64,000 nt of DNA from positions 356-64,355 of the forward strand of contig CALXPU010000007.1 in the NCBI GenBank assembly GCA_944390455.1, in the 5' to 3' direction. Under the pieces are notes generated by a model that did not search any database, had not been told where the DNA came from, and saw nothing but the letters and a program-made list of their open reading frames with translations. Positions 1 through 10,748 of the stretch are shown here, one piece after another. The position numbers were made by a program, and so were the translations under genes. The DNA is from an uncultured Alphaproteobacteria bacterium (GTDB taxonomy: Bacteria; Pseudomonadota; Alphaproteobacteria; RF32; CAG-239). Numbering within the stretch: the first letter of the stretch is position 1; each line of letters starts with the position of its first letter.

Positions 1-200
1 TCTGGGGAGAATGTGGTGGATGGAGCGCTGTTTGCTTGTTCGGCCGAGGCTGGTAATCCGAATGGATCTTGAATGTTTTCGGGTTGCTCTATAAATATTT
101 CATTTCGACCTCCGTTCGGAGTGGCGGCAGAGCCGATGACTTCAGTCGGAGAGTTCGGGACGGATGATATGATAATGGATGATATGATTAAAGCTAGCAT
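1..200 (-). CDS. hypothetical protein, 3'-truncated by window edge (N-terminus hydrophobic, signal-peptide-like: MLALIISSIIISSVP...)
   Basis: Open frame on minus strand from ATG at 200-198 running off window start. Strong SD: revcomp of 201-215 gives AGGAGAaaaacATG. Region 1-180 is GC-richer than the flanking AT-rich spacer. Not in the ORF track because no stop is present in the window. Confidence 0.45.
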   Translation of the reverse strand, partial: MLALIISSIIISSVPNSPTEVIGSAATPNGGRNEIFIEQPENIQDPFGLPASAEQANSAPSTTFSP

Positions 201-565
201 GTTTTTCTCCTGTTTTTGTGTTTCTTTTTAGATAGTTTTGATGAGGCTTTTTTAAAGGTATAAATTTTGAAAAATCTTTGAGGCGCAATTTTTGTCTAAA
301 GTGTATTTATGTGAATCTTTGCAAGGCGTTTTAAAAGATAAAAAAAGTGATTTTTTTTGATTTTTTGTGCATTTTTTTGTTGCAATTATAAAATTTATAT
401 GCTACAAAAGCAGCGCAACAAATGTTAAGGAAGTGTTAACTTTCTTGCGAATCAAATATAACCCATAATGCAGATTGGTTGTTGCGAATATCTGCAGTAA
501 TTTTTGTAAATGGCAAGTTTCCATTGTGGAAGTATTTGCCATTTAGTTATAGGAAAAGTGTTAAA

Positions 566-877
566 ATGATGGATACACAAAATATAAGAATTCGCCTCAA
601 GGCTTTTGACCATCGCTTGCTTGACTTGTCAACAAAAGAGATTGTTCATACAGCTAAAAGAACAGGGGCAAATGTTAGAGGACCTATTCCTCTTCCAACT
701 AAAATTGAGAAGTTTACGGTTAACCGTTCTCCTCACGTTGATAAAAAGTCTCGTGAACAGTTCGAAATCCGTACTCACAAAAGACTTCTTGATATTGTAG
801 ATCCTACTCCTCAAACCGTTGATGCCTTGATGAAATTAGACTTGGCTGCCGGTGTGAATGTAGAAATTAAGTTATAA
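566..877 (+). CDS. rpsJ: 30S ribosomal protein S10
   Basis: Translation [20 protein letters not shown]...VNVEIKL is canonical S10. SD aggaaaag 8 nt upstream. The track ORF at 479 is a 5' over-extension. Confidence 0.95.
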   Translation: MMDTQNIRIRLKAFDHRLLDLSTKEIVHTAKRTGANVRGPIPLPTKIEKFTVNRSPHVDKKSREQFEIRTHKRLLDIVDPTPQTVDALMKLDLAAGVNVEIKL

Positions 878-935
878 TTTTAATGTTGGTTTTTGAAAGA
901 TAAAATCAACCTATTGAAAAAAGGAAAAAATAATA

Positions 936-1661
936 ATGCGTACTGGTCTAATCGCAAAAAAACTTGGAATGACTAGAATTTTTGAAGCTGACGGAACTCA
1001 TGTTCCAGTAACAGTTTTGGCTGTTGAAGGCTTGAAAGTTATCAATGTCAGAACAATTGAAAAAGACGGTTACAGTGCTGTTCAACTTGGAACAGGTGCT
1101 GTAAAGGCTAAGAATTTATCTAAGCCGTTGAAAGGATATTTCGCTAAGGCTAACGTTGAGCCTAAAAAGAAAATGGCTGAATTCAGAGTTTCTGAAGATT
1201 GCCTTTTGTCTGTTGGCGATGAATTGTCTGCAGAACATTTTGTAGCTGGACAATATGTTGATGTTTGCGCTAATTCAATCGGTAAAGGTTTTGCCGGTGT
1301 TATGAAGCGTCATAACTTTGCTGGTCTTGAAGCTACTCACGGTGTTTCTTTAACTCACCGTTCTCATGGTTCTACAGGACAAAGACAAGATCCGGGTAAG
1401 GTATTCAAAGGTAAAAAGATGGCTGGACATATGGGTGATGAACGCGTTACAGTTCAAAACCTTAAAGTTGTTGCAGTTGATGCTAACCGTGGTTTGATTA
1501 TGGTTAAAGGTGGCGTTCCTGGTGCTGAAAATGCATGGGTACGTGTTACTGATGCTCTTAAGAAAACTGCAGACGTTAAATTGCCAATGCCTGCCGGTTT
1601 GAAAAAGGTTGATGAACCTGTTGCAGTTAAAGCTGAAGAAACAGCAGCTGATAATGCATAA
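936..1661 (+). CDS. rplC: 50S ribosomal protein L3
   Basis: [16 protein letters not shown]...[16 protein letters not shown] is an L3 hallmark. Has an alpha-type C-terminal extension. SD aaaggaaaaa upstream. Confidence 0.95.
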   Translation: MRTGLIAKKLGMTRIFEADGTHVPVTVLAVEGLKVINVRTIEKDGYSAVQLGTGAVKAKNLSKPLKGYFAKANVEPKKKMAEFRVSEDCLLSVGDELSAEHFVAGQYVDVCANSIGKGFAGVMKRHNFAGLEATHGVSLTHRSHGSTGQRQDPGKVFKGKKMAGHMGDERVTVQNLKVVAVDANRGLIMVKGGVPGAENAWVRVTDALKKTADVKLPMPAGLKKVDEPVAVKAEETAADNA

Positions 1662-1677
1662 AAGAGTTTAAGGAATT

Positions 1678-2304
1678 TTGAATATGAAACAGGACATCTT
1701 AAATTTAAATAATGAAAACGTTGGCAGCATTGAACTTAACGATGCTATCTTTGGTGTAGAAGTTCGCGCCGATGTTTTGCACCGCGTTGTTAATTGGCAG
1801 CTTGCTATGCGCCAATGCGGTAATCACCAGACTAAAGGCCGTTCTGACGTTGCTTTGACTCCTGCTAAACCTTTTAAACAAAAAGGTTCTGGTAATGCTC
1901 GTCAAGGTAGCCGTAAAGGAACTCAATTTAGAAAAGGTGGTATTGTATTTGGACCGGTTGTTAGAGATCATTCTCACGACTTGACCAAAAAGTTCAGAAA
2001 ATTAGGTCTGAAAACAGCTCTTTCGGCTAAAGCCAAAGAGGGTAATCTTATCATTATTGACGAAGCAAAGCTTTCAAATCCTAAAACGAAAGATTTACTC
2101 GCTAAATTGAACGCTTGCGGTTTGAATAACTGCTTGTTTATTGATGGTAAGGAAGTTGATGTTAATTTCGCATTGGCTAGCCGCAATATTGTTGGTGTAG
2201 ATGTTTTGCCGACAATTGGTGCCAATGTATACGATATTTTGAGAAAAGAGAAGTTAGTATTGACTAAAGAGGCCGTTGCTTGCTTGGAGGAAAGATTACA
2301 ATGA
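1678..2304 (+). CDS. rplD: 50S ribosomal protein L4
   Basis: L4/L1e family sequence. Operon position between rplC and rplW. Confidence 0.93.
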   Translation: MNMKQDILNLNNENVGSIELNDAIFGVEVRADVLHRVVNWQLAMRQCGNHQTKGRSDVALTPAKPFKQKGSGNARQGSRKGTQFRKGGIVFGPVVRDHSHDLTKKFRKLGLKTALSAKAKEGNLIIIDEAKLSNPKTKDLLAKLNACGLNNCLFIDGKEVDVNFALASRNIVGVDVLPTIGANVYDILRKEKLVLTKEAVACLEERLQ

Positions 2305-2618
2305 AAAAATCAAATAACACAAACAATGTAACTGCAGCTATGTATGATACATTACTTCGTCCGGTAATTACTGAGAAGTCTATGATGTCTTCCGAAAATG
2401 GCAAAGTTGTCTTCATGGTTCCTTTGTCAGCTACGAAAGAAAGCGTTAAAGCAGCTGTTGAAGCTATCTTTAATGTTAAGGTAAATAAAGTAAATACCGT
2501 TAAACAAGCTGGTAAGGTAAAACGCTTTAGAGGTTATGAGGGCGTTCGCTCTGATTATAAGAAAGCTGTTATTACGCTTGCCGAAGGTCAAAATATTGAT
2601 GTTACAGCAGGAATTTAG
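2301..2618 (+). CDS. rplW: 50S ribosomal protein L23
   Basis: MKKSNNTNN...[11 protein letters not shown]...[11 protein letters not shown] matches L23. Start ATG overlaps rplD stop (ATGA). Track ORF 2280 is an upstream over-extension. Confidence 0.92.
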   Translation: MKKSNNTNNVTAAMYDTLLRPVITEKSMMSSENGKVVFMVPLSATKESVKAAVEAIFNVKVNKVNTVKQAGKVKRFRGYEGVRSDYKKAVITLAEGQNIDVTAGI

Positions 2619-2620
2619 TC

Positions 2621-3457
2621 ATGGCTTTGAAAACATATAAACCTGCCACTCCGGGTCTTCGTCAGCTGATTATTGTTGACAGAAGTGAACTGTATAAAGG
2701 TAATCCGGAAAAAAGTCTGACCGTTGGTCTGACCAAAAGCGGTGGGCGTGATAATTTCGGACACGTTACAAGTCGTAGAATCGGTGGCGGTCATAAACGC
2801 AAATATCGTGTAATCGACTTCAAACGTAATAAATTTGATTGTGAAGCAACTGTGGAGAGAATCGAATATGATCCTAACCGCACATCTTTTATCGCTTTGA
2901 TTAATTATGAAGATGGCGAAAAGGCTTATATTTTGGCTCCGCAAAGATTGAAAGCCGGCGATAAAGTTATCTCTTCTGAGAAAGCTGATATTAAGCCGGG
3001 TAATGCAATGCCGTTGAAGAGCATGCCGGTTGGTACTATTGTTCACAACGTTGAGTTGAAAGTTGGCAAAGGCGGACAATTAGTTCGTTCTGCTGGTTGT
3101 TATGCTCAAGTTGTTGGTAAAGACGCTGGTTACGCTCAATTGAAGCTCTCTTCTGGTGAGTTGAGAATCGTACGTGAAGAATGCTTGGCTACTGTTGGCG
3201 CTGTTTCTAACCCAGATAATCAAAATGTTTCTTTGGGTAAAGCAGGTCGCGCTAGATGGTTGGGCGCTCGTCCGGTTTCTCGTGGTGTTGCTATGAACCC
3301 TGTTGACCACCCACATGGCGGTGGTGAAGGTCGTACTTCTGGTGGCCGTCATCCGGTTACACCTTGGGGTAAACCAACTAAGGGTGCTAAAACTCGTTCT
3401 AACAAGAAGACAGATCGCTTTATTATGAGATCTCGTCATGAAAATAAAAAGAAATAA
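2621..3457 (+). CDS. rplB: 50S ribosomal protein L2
   Basis: [15 protein letters not shown]...GGGEGR...[24 protein letters not shown] is canonical L2. Confidence 0.96.
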   Translation: MALKTYKPATPGLRQLIIVDRSELYKGNPEKSLTVGLTKSGGRDNFGHVTSRRIGGGHKRKYRVIDFKRNKFDCEATVERIEYDPNRTSFIALINYEDGEKAYILAPQRLKAGDKVISSEKADIKPGNAMPLKSMPVGTIVHNVELKVGKGGQLVRSAGCYAQVVGKDAGYAQLKLSSGELRIVREECLATVGAVSNPDNQNVSLGKAGRARWLGARPVSRGVAMNPVDHPHGGGEGRTSGGRHPVTPWGKPTKGAKTRSNKKTDRFIMRSRHENKKK

Positions 3458-3469
3458 GGAGGTAAACAA

Positions 3470-3748
3470 ATGACACGTTCCGTTTGGAAAGGACCTTTTG
3501 TAGATGGTTATCTTCTTAAAAAAGCTGATGCAGCAAGAGCATCTACTCGTAATGAAGTGATTAAAATTTGGTCTCGTCGTTCTACCATGTTGCCACAGTT
3601 TGTTGGTTTAACATTTGGTGTTCACAATGGTCATAAATTTATTCCAGTACTCGTTACTGAAGAAATGGTTGGCCATAAATTCGGTGAATTTGCTCCGACA
3701 CGTACCTTCTATGGTCACGCTGCAGATAAAAAAGTTAAGAGAGGTTAA
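3470..3748 (+). CDS. rpsS: 30S ribosomal protein S19
   Basis: [12 protein letters not shown]...[12 protein letters not shown]...[13 protein letters not shown] is S19. SD aggaggt upstream. Confidence 0.96.
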   Translation: MTRSVWKGPFVDGYLLKKADAARASTRNEVIKIWSRRSTMLPQFVGLTFGVHNGHKFIPVLVTEEMVGHKFGEFAPTRTFYGHAADKKVKRG

Positions 3749-3750
3749 TT

Positions 3751-4125
3751 ATGGGAAAAACTAAAGATACAAGAAGACTTGCCGACAACCAGGCTATGGC
3801 TGTATGCAATTCTATCCGCTCAAGCTCTCGTAAATTAAACCTTGTTGCTCAGACAATCAGAGGCTTAAGCGCTGAAAAGGCTGTTGCAGAACTTAGCTTT
3901 TCTAAGAAAAGAATCGCAAAAGTTGCTTTAGAAGTATTAAAATCTGCTATTGCTAACGCTGAAAACAATCACAAGCTTAACATTGATAAACTTGTTGTTG
4001 CTGAAGCTTATACTGGTAATGGTATCGTTATGAAACGTATGCACGCACGTGGTCGTGGTAGAGGCGCTAGAGTTTTGAAGCCGTTCTCTAAATTGACTAT
4101 CGTTGTTGCAGAGCGTGGGGAGTAA
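3751..4125 (+). CDS. rplV: 50S ribosomal protein L22
   Basis: L22 family sequence with conserved RRLA/hairpin region. Operon position. Confidence 0.93.
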   Translation: MGKTKDTRRLADNQAMAVCNSIRSSSRKLNLVAQTIRGLSAEKAVAELSFSKKRIAKVALEVLKSAIANAENNHKLNIDKLVVAEAYTGNGIVMKRMHARGRGRGARVLKPFSKLTIVVAERGE

Positions 4126-4130
4126 GTTAA

Positions 4131-4799
4131 ATGGGACAGAAAGTAAATCCTATCAGTCTTCGTTTAGGTGTTAACCGCACTTGGGACTCTCGTTGGTATG
4201 CTGATGAGAAGTTCGCTGATTACCTCCACGAAGATTTGAAAATTAGAAAATTTTTGAAAGAAAAGTTGGCTCAAGCTGGTATTAGTAAGGTTGTTATTGA
4301 GCGCCCAGCTAAAAAAGCTAGAGTTACTATTCATTCAGCAAGACCAGGTGTTGTAATTGGCAAGAAAGGTCAAGACATTGAGTTGTTGAGAAAAGACATT
4401 CAAAAGTTGACTGATTCTGAAGTTCAATTAAATATTCTGGAAGTCAGAAAGCCTGAACTGGATGCTCAGTTGGTTGCTGATTCTGTTGCTCAACAATTGG
4501 AAAGACGTGTTGCTTTCCGTCGTGCAATGAAGAGAGTTATGCAATCTGCTTTGCGTCTTGGTGCCGAAGGTATTAAAGTTTGCTGTTCTGGTCGTTTAGG
4601 CGGTGCAGAAATCGCAAGAACTGAATATTACCGTGAAGGCAGAGTGCCTTTGCACACTCTTCGTGCTGATATTGACTATGCTACTTCAACTGCTCACACC
4701 ACATATGGTGCTTGCGGCGTTAAGGTTTGGATTTACAAAGGTGAGATTATGACTCACGATCCAATGGCACAAGACAAGAAATTGGCTGAACAAAAGTAA
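4131..4799 (+). CDS. rpsC: 30S ribosomal protein S3
   Basis: [24 protein letters not shown]...KH domain...C-terminal domain is canonical S3. Confidence 0.96.
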   Translation: MGQKVNPISLRLGVNRTWDSRWYADEKFADYLHEDLKIRKFLKEKLAQAGISKVVIERPAKKARVTIHSARPGVVIGKKGQDIELLRKDIQKLTDSEVQLNILEVRKPELDAQLVADSVAQQLERRVAFRRAMKRVMQSALRLGAEGIKVCCSGRLGGAEIARTEYYREGRVPLHTLRADIDYATSTAHTTYGACGVKVWIYKGEIMTHDPMAQDKKLAEQK

Positions 4800-4814
4800 G
4801 AATGAGGTTTTAAA

Positions 4815-5243
4815 ATGTTAAGTCCAAAACGTGTAAAGTTCCGTAAGCAACATAAAGGCCGTATTCACGGTGTTGCAAAAGGCGGTGCTGAGTTAAGTTT
4901 CGGTTCATACGGATTGAAAGCTCTTTCACCGGAGCGCGTTACCGCTCGCCAAATCGAGGCAGCTCGTCGCGCTATCACTCGTGAAATGAAGAGAGCCGGA
5001 AGACTATGGATTAGAATTTTCCCAGATGTTCCTGTGTCAGATAAACCTGCCGAGGTTCGTATGGGTAAAGGTAAAGGTGCTCCTGAATTTTGGGTAGCAA
5101 GAGTTAAACCTGGTCGCATTATGTTCGAAATCGGTGAGGTTGATGAAGAAACCGCACGCAGAGCATTTGCGTTGGGTGCAGCAAAATTGCCAGTTAAGAG
5201 CAAGTTTGTTAAACGCTTGAATTCTGATAATGGAGAAGCATAA
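4815..5243 (+). CDS. rplP: 50S ribosomal protein L16
   Basis: [16 protein letters not shown]...RMGKGKG...[15 protein letters not shown] is canonical L16. Confidence 0.96.
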   Translation: MLSPKRVKFRKQHKGRIHGVAKGGAELSFGSYGLKALSPERVTARQIEAARRAITREMKRAGRLWIRIFPDVPVSDKPAEVRMGKGKGAPEFWVARVKPGRIMFEIGEVDEETARRAFALGAAKLPVKSKFVKRLNSDNGEA

Positions 5244-5440
5244 TGGTTAAAATTAAAGATTTGAGAGCTATGAGTGATGATGAGTTGGAAAACAGACTCG
5301 TAGAATGCAAAAAAGAGCAATTAAGTTTGCGCATTCAGCAGGCTACTGGTCAGCTCCAAAAACCTTCTGATATCTCTAAAGTTCGTAAAGAAGTAGCTCA
5401 AATCAATACGCTTTTAACAGAGCGTAAGAAGAATAGTTAG
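5243..5440 (+). CDS. rpmC: 50S ribosomal protein L29
   Basis: 65 aa, [15 protein letters not shown]...[10 protein letters not shown] is L29. Start overlaps rplP stop. Confidence 0.92.
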   Translation: MVKIKDLRAMSDDELENRLVECKKEQLSLRIQQATGQLQKPSDISKVRKEVAQINTLLTERKKNS

Positions 5441-5451
5441 GAGAAAAACAG

Positions 5452-5694
5452 ATGCCTAAAAGAATTCTTCAAGGTGTTGTTGTAAGTGCTAAACAGGATA
5501 AAACTGTCGTTGTCAGCGTTGAGCGTCAAGTTATGCATCCTGTTTACAAGAAAATCGTGAAGAAAAGTAAGAAATTTGCTGCTCACGATGAAAATAATCA
5601 GTTCAAAGAAGGGGATCAGGTTTCTATCATTGAATCTAAACCTTATTCCAAAACTAAAACTTGGACTGTGTTAACTAATAATGAAAATGCCTAA
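5452..5694 (+). CDS. rpsQ: 30S ribosomal protein S17
   Basis: [34 protein letters not shown] is S17. Confidence 0.94.
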   Translation: MPKRILQGVVVSAKQDKTVVVSVERQVMHPVYKKIVKKSKKFAAHDENNQFKEGDQVSIIESKPYSKTKTWTVLTNNENA

Positions 5695-5711
5695 TTAGGA
5701 AGGAATGAATT

Positions 5712-6080
5712 ATGATACAGATGCAAACCAACCTAGATGTTGCGGATAATTCTGGAGCACGTCAGGTGCAGTGCATTAAAGTTCTTGGTGGTTCCAAGAG
5801 AATGCATGCTTCAGTCGGTGACATTATTATCGTTTCCGTTAAAGATGCTATGCCTAAAGGGCGTGTAAAGAAAGGCGACGTTCAACGTGCAGTCATCGTT
5901 AGAACGGCTAGCGACATCAGACGTAAAGACGGTAGTGTAATCCGTTTTGATAGCAATGCAGCTGTTTTGGTTAACAAAGATGGTGAACCAATCGGTACTC
6001 GTATCTTTGGCCCGGTAACCAGAGAGTTGCGTGCGAAAAAATTTATGAAGATAATTTCTTTAGCGCCGGAGGTTTTGTAA
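5712..6080 (+). CDS. rplN: 50S ribosomal protein L14
   Basis: [17 protein letters not shown]...CIKVLGG is canonical L14. Confidence 0.96.
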   Translation: MIQMQTNLDVADNSGARQVQCIKVLGGSKRMHASVGDIIIVSVKDAMPKGRVKKGDVQRAVIVRTASDIRRKDGSVIRFDSNAAVLVNKDGEPIGTRIFGPVTRELRAKKFMKIISLAPEVL

Positions 6081-6394
6081 TGAGCAAAATGAAAATCAAA
6101 AAAGGTGATAAAGTAATCGTTATCGCAGGTGATGATAAAGGTAAAACAGGTGAAGTTTTGAAAGCTATGCCGAAAGAAGGTAAAGTTGTTGTTCAAGGCG
6201 TTAACCTCGTTAAAAGACATACAAAACCAAGTCAAACAAATCCTGGCGGTATTGTTACTAAAGAAGCAGCTATTCAGGTTTCTAATGTGGCAGCATTGAC
6301 AGCTGACGGTAAACCTTCTAAAGTAGGTTATAAAGTTGTTGATGGTGTTAAAAAGCGTGTTGCTCGGAAATCCGGTGAAGTAATCGATAATTAG
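6080..6394 (+). CDS. rplX: 50S ribosomal protein L24
   Basis: [24 protein letters not shown] (KOW motif) is L24. 1-nt overlap with rplN stop. Confidence 0.94.
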   Translation: MSKMKIKKGDKVIVIAGDDKGKTGEVLKAMPKEGKVVVQGVNLVKRHTKPSQTNPGGIVTKEAAIQVSNVAALTADGKPSKVGYKVVDGVKKRVARKSGEVIDN

Positions 6395-6402
6395 GAGATA
6401 AT

Positions 6403-6945
6403 TTGATGACAAATTTTGAAACTTTATATAATGATGTCATTAAGAAGGCTCTTGTGGAAAAGTTCGGTTACAAGAACCCGCATGAGATTCCGAAGTTGAC
6501 TAAAATTGTTCTGAATATGGGCGTTGGTGACGCTATTACAGACAAGAAAAAGCTTAATAATGCTGTTGAGGAAATGGCTATGATTGCTGGTCAAAAACCA
6601 GTTGTAACTACAGCCAGAAAATCTATCGCTACTTTTAAATTAAGAGAAGGTATGCCGATCGGTTGTAAAGTAACATTACGTTCTGATAGAATGTATGAGT
6701 TCCTTGAACGCTTGATTAATATGGCTCTTCCGCGCATCAGAGACTTCCATGGTATTTCTGGTAAGAACTTTGATGGAAGAGGTAACTTTGCTTTTGGCAT
6801 TAAAGAGCAAATTATTTTCCCTGAAATTAACTATGAAAAAGTTGAACAGGTTAGAGGTATGGATATCGTTATCTGCACTTCTGCTAAAACTGATGAAGAA
6901 GCTAAATTCCTTCTTACATCTTTCAACTTACCATATAAGAAATAA
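6403..6945 (+). CDS. rplE: 50S ribosomal protein L5
   Basis: L5 family (…[13 protein letters not shown]…[16 protein letters not shown]). Confidence 0.95.
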   Translation: MMTNFETLYNDVIKKALVEKFGYKNPHEIPKLTKIVLNMGVGDAITDKKKLNNAVEEMAMIAGQKPVVTTARKSIATFKLREGMPIGCKVTLRSDRMYEFLERLINMALPRIRDFHGISGKNFDGRGNFAFGIKEQIIFPEINYEKVEQVRGMDIVICTSAKTDEEAKFLLTSFNLPYKK

Positions 6946-6959
6946 GTGGAGATTTTACG

Positions 6960-7265
6960 ATGTCAAAAACAAGTTCAGTTTACAGAAACTTGAAAAGAGT
7001 GAAAATGGTTGCGAAATACGCAAACGTTCGCTCCAAGTTGAAGGCCATTGCCAATGACAAAAATGCTCCTGAAGAAGATAGATTTCAGGCTACTTTGAAG
7101 TTGGCTGAATTACCACGTAACTCTTCAAAGGTTAGAGTTAGAAATCGTTGCAGAATTACTGGTCGTTCTCGTAGTGTTAGCAGGAAGTTCGGTGTTAGCC
7201 GTGTTGAATTAAGACAAATGGCTAGTTTCGGTGAAATTCCTGGTTTGGTAAAATCAAGCTGGTAA
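6960..7265 (+). CDS. rpsN: 30S ribosomal protein S14
   Basis: 101 aa long-form S14 (…[43 protein letters not shown]). Confidence 0.94.
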   Translation: MSKTSSVYRNLKRVKMVAKYANVRSKLKAIANDKNAPEEDRFQATLKLAELPRNSSKVRVRNRCRITGRSRSVSRKFGVSRVELRQMASFGEIPGLVKSSW

Positions 7266-7277
7266 GGAGATGATATT

Positions 7278-7676
7278 ATGTCTATGACTGATCCTTTGGG
7301 CGATATGCTCGCACGCATTAGAAACGCACAAAGAGCGAAGAAAAGTGATGTTGTATCACCTGCTTCTCGCTTGCGTGAAAATGTATTGGAAGTTTTGAAA
7401 AGAGAAGGATATATCGCTGGTTATGAAAAAACTAACGTTCGTCCTGGTGTTGATGAACTTCGTATTCAATTAAAGTATCATGAGGGTACAAGTGTAATTA
7501 CTGAAATTTATCGCGTTTCCACTCCGGGACGTCGTGTATATTCCAGTGTTAGAGACCTGCCTAGAGTTTATAATGGCCTCGGTATTTCTATCGTTTCTAC
7601 TCCGAAAGGTGTTATGAGCGATAACGAAGCCAGAAAAGCTAATGTTGGCGGCGAAATCTTGTGCCAAGTTTTCTAG
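7278..7676 (+). CDS. rpsH: 30S ribosomal protein S8
   Basis: [22 protein letters not shown] is canonical S8. Confidence 0.96.
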   Translation: MSMTDPLGDMLARIRNAQRAKKSDVVSPASRLRENVLEVLKREGYIAGYEKTNVRPGVDELRIQLKYHEGTSVITEIYRVSTPGRRVYSSVRDLPRVYNGLGISIVSTPKGVMSDNEARKANVGGEILCQVF

Positions 7677-7687
7677 GGAGATAGCGG

Positions 7688-8224
7688 ATGTCAAGAGTTG
7701 GAAAATATCCTGTAATTATCCCGGAAGGTGTTAGCGCATCCATTAATGGGAATGTTGTTAACGTTAAAGGAAAATTAGGTGAATTAAGCTTTGCTTATGA
7801 TGATTCTCACGTTAATGTTGAACTCAATGAAGGCAAAATTGTTGTTACTCCGCATTCTCAAAGCCGTACGGCTAGAACTCTTTGGGGTACAACCAGAGCT
7901 CAAATTAACTCTTTGGTAAAAGGTGTAAGTGCCGGTTACAGCAAGAGCATTGAGTTGAACGGTGTGGGTTATAAGGCTCGTATGGAAGGTAAAAAATTAG
8001 TTCTTACATTGGGCTTTTCGCACGATGTTCCGTTTGAAACACCAAATGGCATTACTATTGTTTGCGAAACTCCTACAACTTTGAAAGTTAGCGGTGTTGA
8101 CAAACAGTTAGTAGGTCAGGTTGCGGCTGAAATTCGTAAATACAGAAAACCTGAACCTTATAAAGGAAAAGGTATCCGTGTTGATGGCGAATATGTACGT
8201 CGTAAAGAAGGTAAGAAGAAATAG
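7688..8224 (+). CDS. rplF: 50S ribosomal protein L6
   Basis: [28 protein letters not shown] is L6. Confidence 0.95.
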   Translation: MSRVGKYPVIIPEGVSASINGNVVNVKGKLGELSFAYDDSHVNVELNEGKIVVTPHSQSRTARTLWGTTRAQINSLVKGVSAGYSKSIELNGVGYKARMEGKKLVLTLGFSHDVPFETPNGITIVCETPTTLKVSGVDKQLVGQVAAEIRKYRKPEPYKGKGIRVDGEYVRRKEGKKK

Positions 8225-8235
8225 GATGTAAAGCA

Positions 8236-8598
8236 ATGAATACACCAAAGAAATTATATGAAAAAAGAAAAGCTCGTGTTAGAACGGCTTTGAAAGCTGC
8301 TGCGAATGGAAAGATGAGATTGTCTGTATTTCGTAGCGGAAAACATATCTATGCGCAAGTTATTGATGACGCTAAAGGTGCTACAGTTGCTTCTGCTTCT
8401 ACCTTGGATAAAGAAGTAAGAGCCAATATTACTAAATCTTCTAATATTGAAGCTGCTCAGTATGTTGGTAAAGTAGTTGCTGAACGTGCTGTTAAAAATG
8501 GCGTCAGCGAAGTTGTGTTTGATCGTGGCGGTTATGTTTACCATGGTCGCGTGAAGGCTCTGGCAGATTCTGCCCGTGAAGCCGGGTTGAAATTTTAG
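8236..8598 (+). CDS. rplR: 50S ribosomal protein L18
   Basis: …[18 protein letters not shown]…[26 protein letters not shown] is L18. Confidence 0.95.
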   Translation: MNTPKKLYEKRKARVRTALKAAANGKMRLSVFRSGKHIYAQVIDDAKGATVASASTLDKEVRANITKSSNIEAAQYVGKVVAERAVKNGVSEVVFDRGGYVYHGRVKALADSAREAGLKF

Positions 8599-8607
8599 GA
8601 GGTTATC

Positions 8608-9174
8608 ATGGCACAATCTTTAGATCGTCATAATAAGGCGGATAAAAAAGAAGAATTGGTTGAGAAACTCGTTTTCGTAAACCGTGTAGCTAAAACTGTA
8701 AAAGGTGGTCGTACTATGTCTTTTGCGGCTTTGGTTGTTGTAGGTGATCAAAAAGGTCGTATCGGCTTTGGTTCCGGTAAAGCAGCTGAAGTTCCTGAAG
8801 CTATTGTTAAAGCTACTAACGAAGCTAAAAAGAACATGGTTCGCATTCCTTTGCGTGAAGGCAGAACTTTACACCACGATATTGCTGGTCGCTTTGGTGC
8901 TGGTAAGGTTGTTTTGAGAACTGCTCCTGCCGGTACTGGTGTGATTGCCGGTGGTCCTATGCGTGCTGTATTTGAAGTTTTGGGTGTACAAGACGTTGTT
9001 GCTAAATCTTTGGGTTCTAATAACCCTTACAATATGATTAAAGCAACTTTTGCTGCACTTCAATCTATCAGCAGTCCGCGTATGGTTGCTGCTAAACGTG
9101 GCAAAAAAGTTGGTGATATCGTAAGTCGCCGCGAAAATACTTCTAACGTTAAGATGGAAAAAGAGGAGGCTTAA
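8608..9174 (+). CDS. rpsE: 30S ribosomal protein S5
   Basis: …[24 protein letters not shown]…GTGVIAGG is S5. Confidence 0.96.
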   Translation: MAQSLDRHNKADKKEELVEKLVFVNRVAKTVKGGRTMSFAALVVVGDQKGRIGFGSGKAAEVPEAIVKATNEAKKNMVRIPLREGRTLHHDIAGRFGAGKVVLRTAPAGTGVIAGGPMRAVFEVLGVQDVVAKSLGSNNPYNMIKATFAALQSISSPRMVAAKRGKKVGDIVSRRENTSNVKMEKEEA

Positions 9175-9176
9175 TC

Positions 9177-9362
9177 ATGGTTGCTAAAAAGACTGTTAAA
9201 GTTACTCAAGTTAAAAGTTCCATCGGCCACGGCAAAGAGCAAATTGCTACTTTGAAAGGTTTGGGCTTAAACAAAGTTGGCAGAACTTCTGTTTTGGAAG
9301 ATACTCCAGCTGTTAGAGGTATGATTAATAAGGTAGCTCACCTCATTAAAGTTGAAGAATAA
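9177..9362 (+). CDS. rpmD: 50S ribosomal protein L30
   Basis: 61 aa, …[55 protein letters not shown] is L30. Confidence 0.93.
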   Translation: MVAKKTVKVTQVKSSIGHGKEQIATLKGLGLNKVGRTSVLEDTPAVRGMINKVAHLIKVEE

Positions 9363-9470
9363 TTGCAGTCGGGCGTTGAGCGGTTTTTACCGCTCTGCCC
9401 CAAGCTGTTGAGGTTAGCCCGTAGCAAGTGTTTTTGATTTTATTTTGAGTTTTTGTAAAAGGTGAATAAA

Positions 9471-9926
9471 ATGAAATTAAATGAATTAAGAGATAATGAA
9501 GGCGCTACTAAAAACCGTATTCGCGTTGGTCGCGGTATCGGAAGCGGTAAAGGTAAAACGGCTGGTCGTGGTCAGAAAGGTCAAAAATCTCGTTCAGGTG
9601 TTGCTGTTCACGGTTTTGAAGGTGGACAGATGCCTATCTATCGTAGATTGCCGAAACGTGGTTTCAAAAATCCGTTTGCTAAGACTTTTGCTGTTATCAA
9701 TTTGGATACAATCCAAAAAGCTATTGATGCTGGTAAATTGAATGCTGCTGAAATCAATAAAGAATCTTTGTTGGCTTCTAAGTTGGTTTCTAAAGAAATG
9801 GACGGTATTCGTTTGTTGGCTAGAGGTGCTTTGACTGCAGCTATCAACATTACTGTTGATTCAGCTTCTAAGGCAGCTGTTGAAGCTGTTGAAAAAGCTG
9901 GCGGTAAAGTTACTGTTAACGCTTAA
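9471..9926 (+). CDS. rplO: 50S ribosomal protein L15
   Basis: [38 protein letters not shown] is L15. ATG 9471 sits 5 nt after SD aaaaggtga. The track ORF begins at GTG 9462. Confidence 0.94.
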   Translation: MKLNELRDNEGATKNRIRVGRGIGSGKGKTAGRGQKGQKSRSGVAVHGFEGGQMPIYRRLPKRGFKNPFAKTFAVINLDTIQKAIDAGKLNAAEINKESLLASKLVSKEMDGIRLLARGALTAAINITVDSASKAAVEAVEKAGGKVTVNA

Positions 9927-9949
9927 TTTTAGCGCATACTTTATTTAGA

Positions 9950-9982
9950 AAAAGGCAGGGTTTATTTACCTTGCCTTTTTTG
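9950..9982. terminator. rho-independent terminator closing the r-protein operon (bidirectional; also serves the convergent kinase gene)
   Basis: aaggcaggg-tttattta-ccttgcctt stem (one mismatch) followed by TTTTTT. Lies directly after the rplO stop. Confidence 0.7.
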
Positions 9983-10166
9983 TATTAAGAAAAGCTGTTT
10001 ATGCGTGATTGGGAAATGAAGATGGATAATATGTATGTTTTATTCGCTTATGAATTTCCTAAATGTTTTATAAAGATTATCTCAGGCTTCATCTATATTT
10101 AGAGAGTTTATTTTTCCGCTTATATGGCGAGGAGAAATCTCTATAGTTAAGTGAAATATCCTATAA

Positions 10167-10733
10167 TTAAATCAGAGAATACGAAAAATCATCTTGAGAA
10201 ATTAATCTCAAATCAAATTTATCTGCCAAAGGAAGAATAAATAGCTCAAACTGTTCGTATCTTATCTCCATTCTCTCTCTTGTTAAATCGGCTCCGGCTC
10301 TTGCTCTTTGAACTCTTCTTTTATATTCCGTTTCTTTATCTACTTGCATAAAAATTTTATATGCGTTTTCAAAGCTATCGATAATAAGAGCAACACCGAT
10401 ACCTTCAACAATTATTATATCTGCATTTTTAGAATGAATTGCGTTGTCTAAATATTGGTAATTATAGGCTTCGGGAAAGGTCGAAGCAATGTAAGCCGTT
10501 TTAGGTTTTCCGCTTTTGTCATTATATGTAATGAAGTTATTTTTACGATATGCTTTATCTTTCATATAATTATCAGTACTTATAATGCGGACAGTTTTGC
10601 CGGTAAGCTCTAATTTTTCTTGTAATATTTTTGCAAAGGTAGATTTTCCGGCGCCACCATTGCCGGAAATCAAAACAAACTTATATTTGCCTCTTAAAAC
10701 AGTATTACAAATGCTATCTATAGTTTTTTTCAT
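10167..10733 (-). CDS. P-loop nucleoside/nucleotide kinase-like protein (uridine kinase/PRK-like family)
   Basis: Walker A LISGNGGAGKSTFAK. 188 aa small kinase architecture (…IISTDNY…). 15 nt downstream of the MFS gene on the same strand. Confidence 0.55.
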   Translation of the reverse strand: MKKTIDSICNTVLRGKYKFVLISGNGGAGKSTFAKILQEKLELTGKTVRIISTDNYMKDKAYRKNNFITYNDKSGKPKTAYIASTFPEAYNYQYLDNAIHSKNADIIIVEGIGVALIIDSFENAYKIFMQVDKETEYKRRVQRARAGADLTRERMEIRYEQFELFILPLADKFDLRLISQDDFSYSLI

Positions 10734-10748
10734 ATCTTATCTATATTA

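Noticed and set aside
606-9850. Numerous short ORFs inside or antisense to ribosomal protein genes (e.g. 606..800, 629..814, 1705..1977, 2615..3079, 3080..3469, 4865..5320, 5882..6412, 8254..8616, 9496..9741)
   Set aside because: Overlap highly conserved, confidently identified r-protein genes. No SD or motif support. Typical frame shadows.
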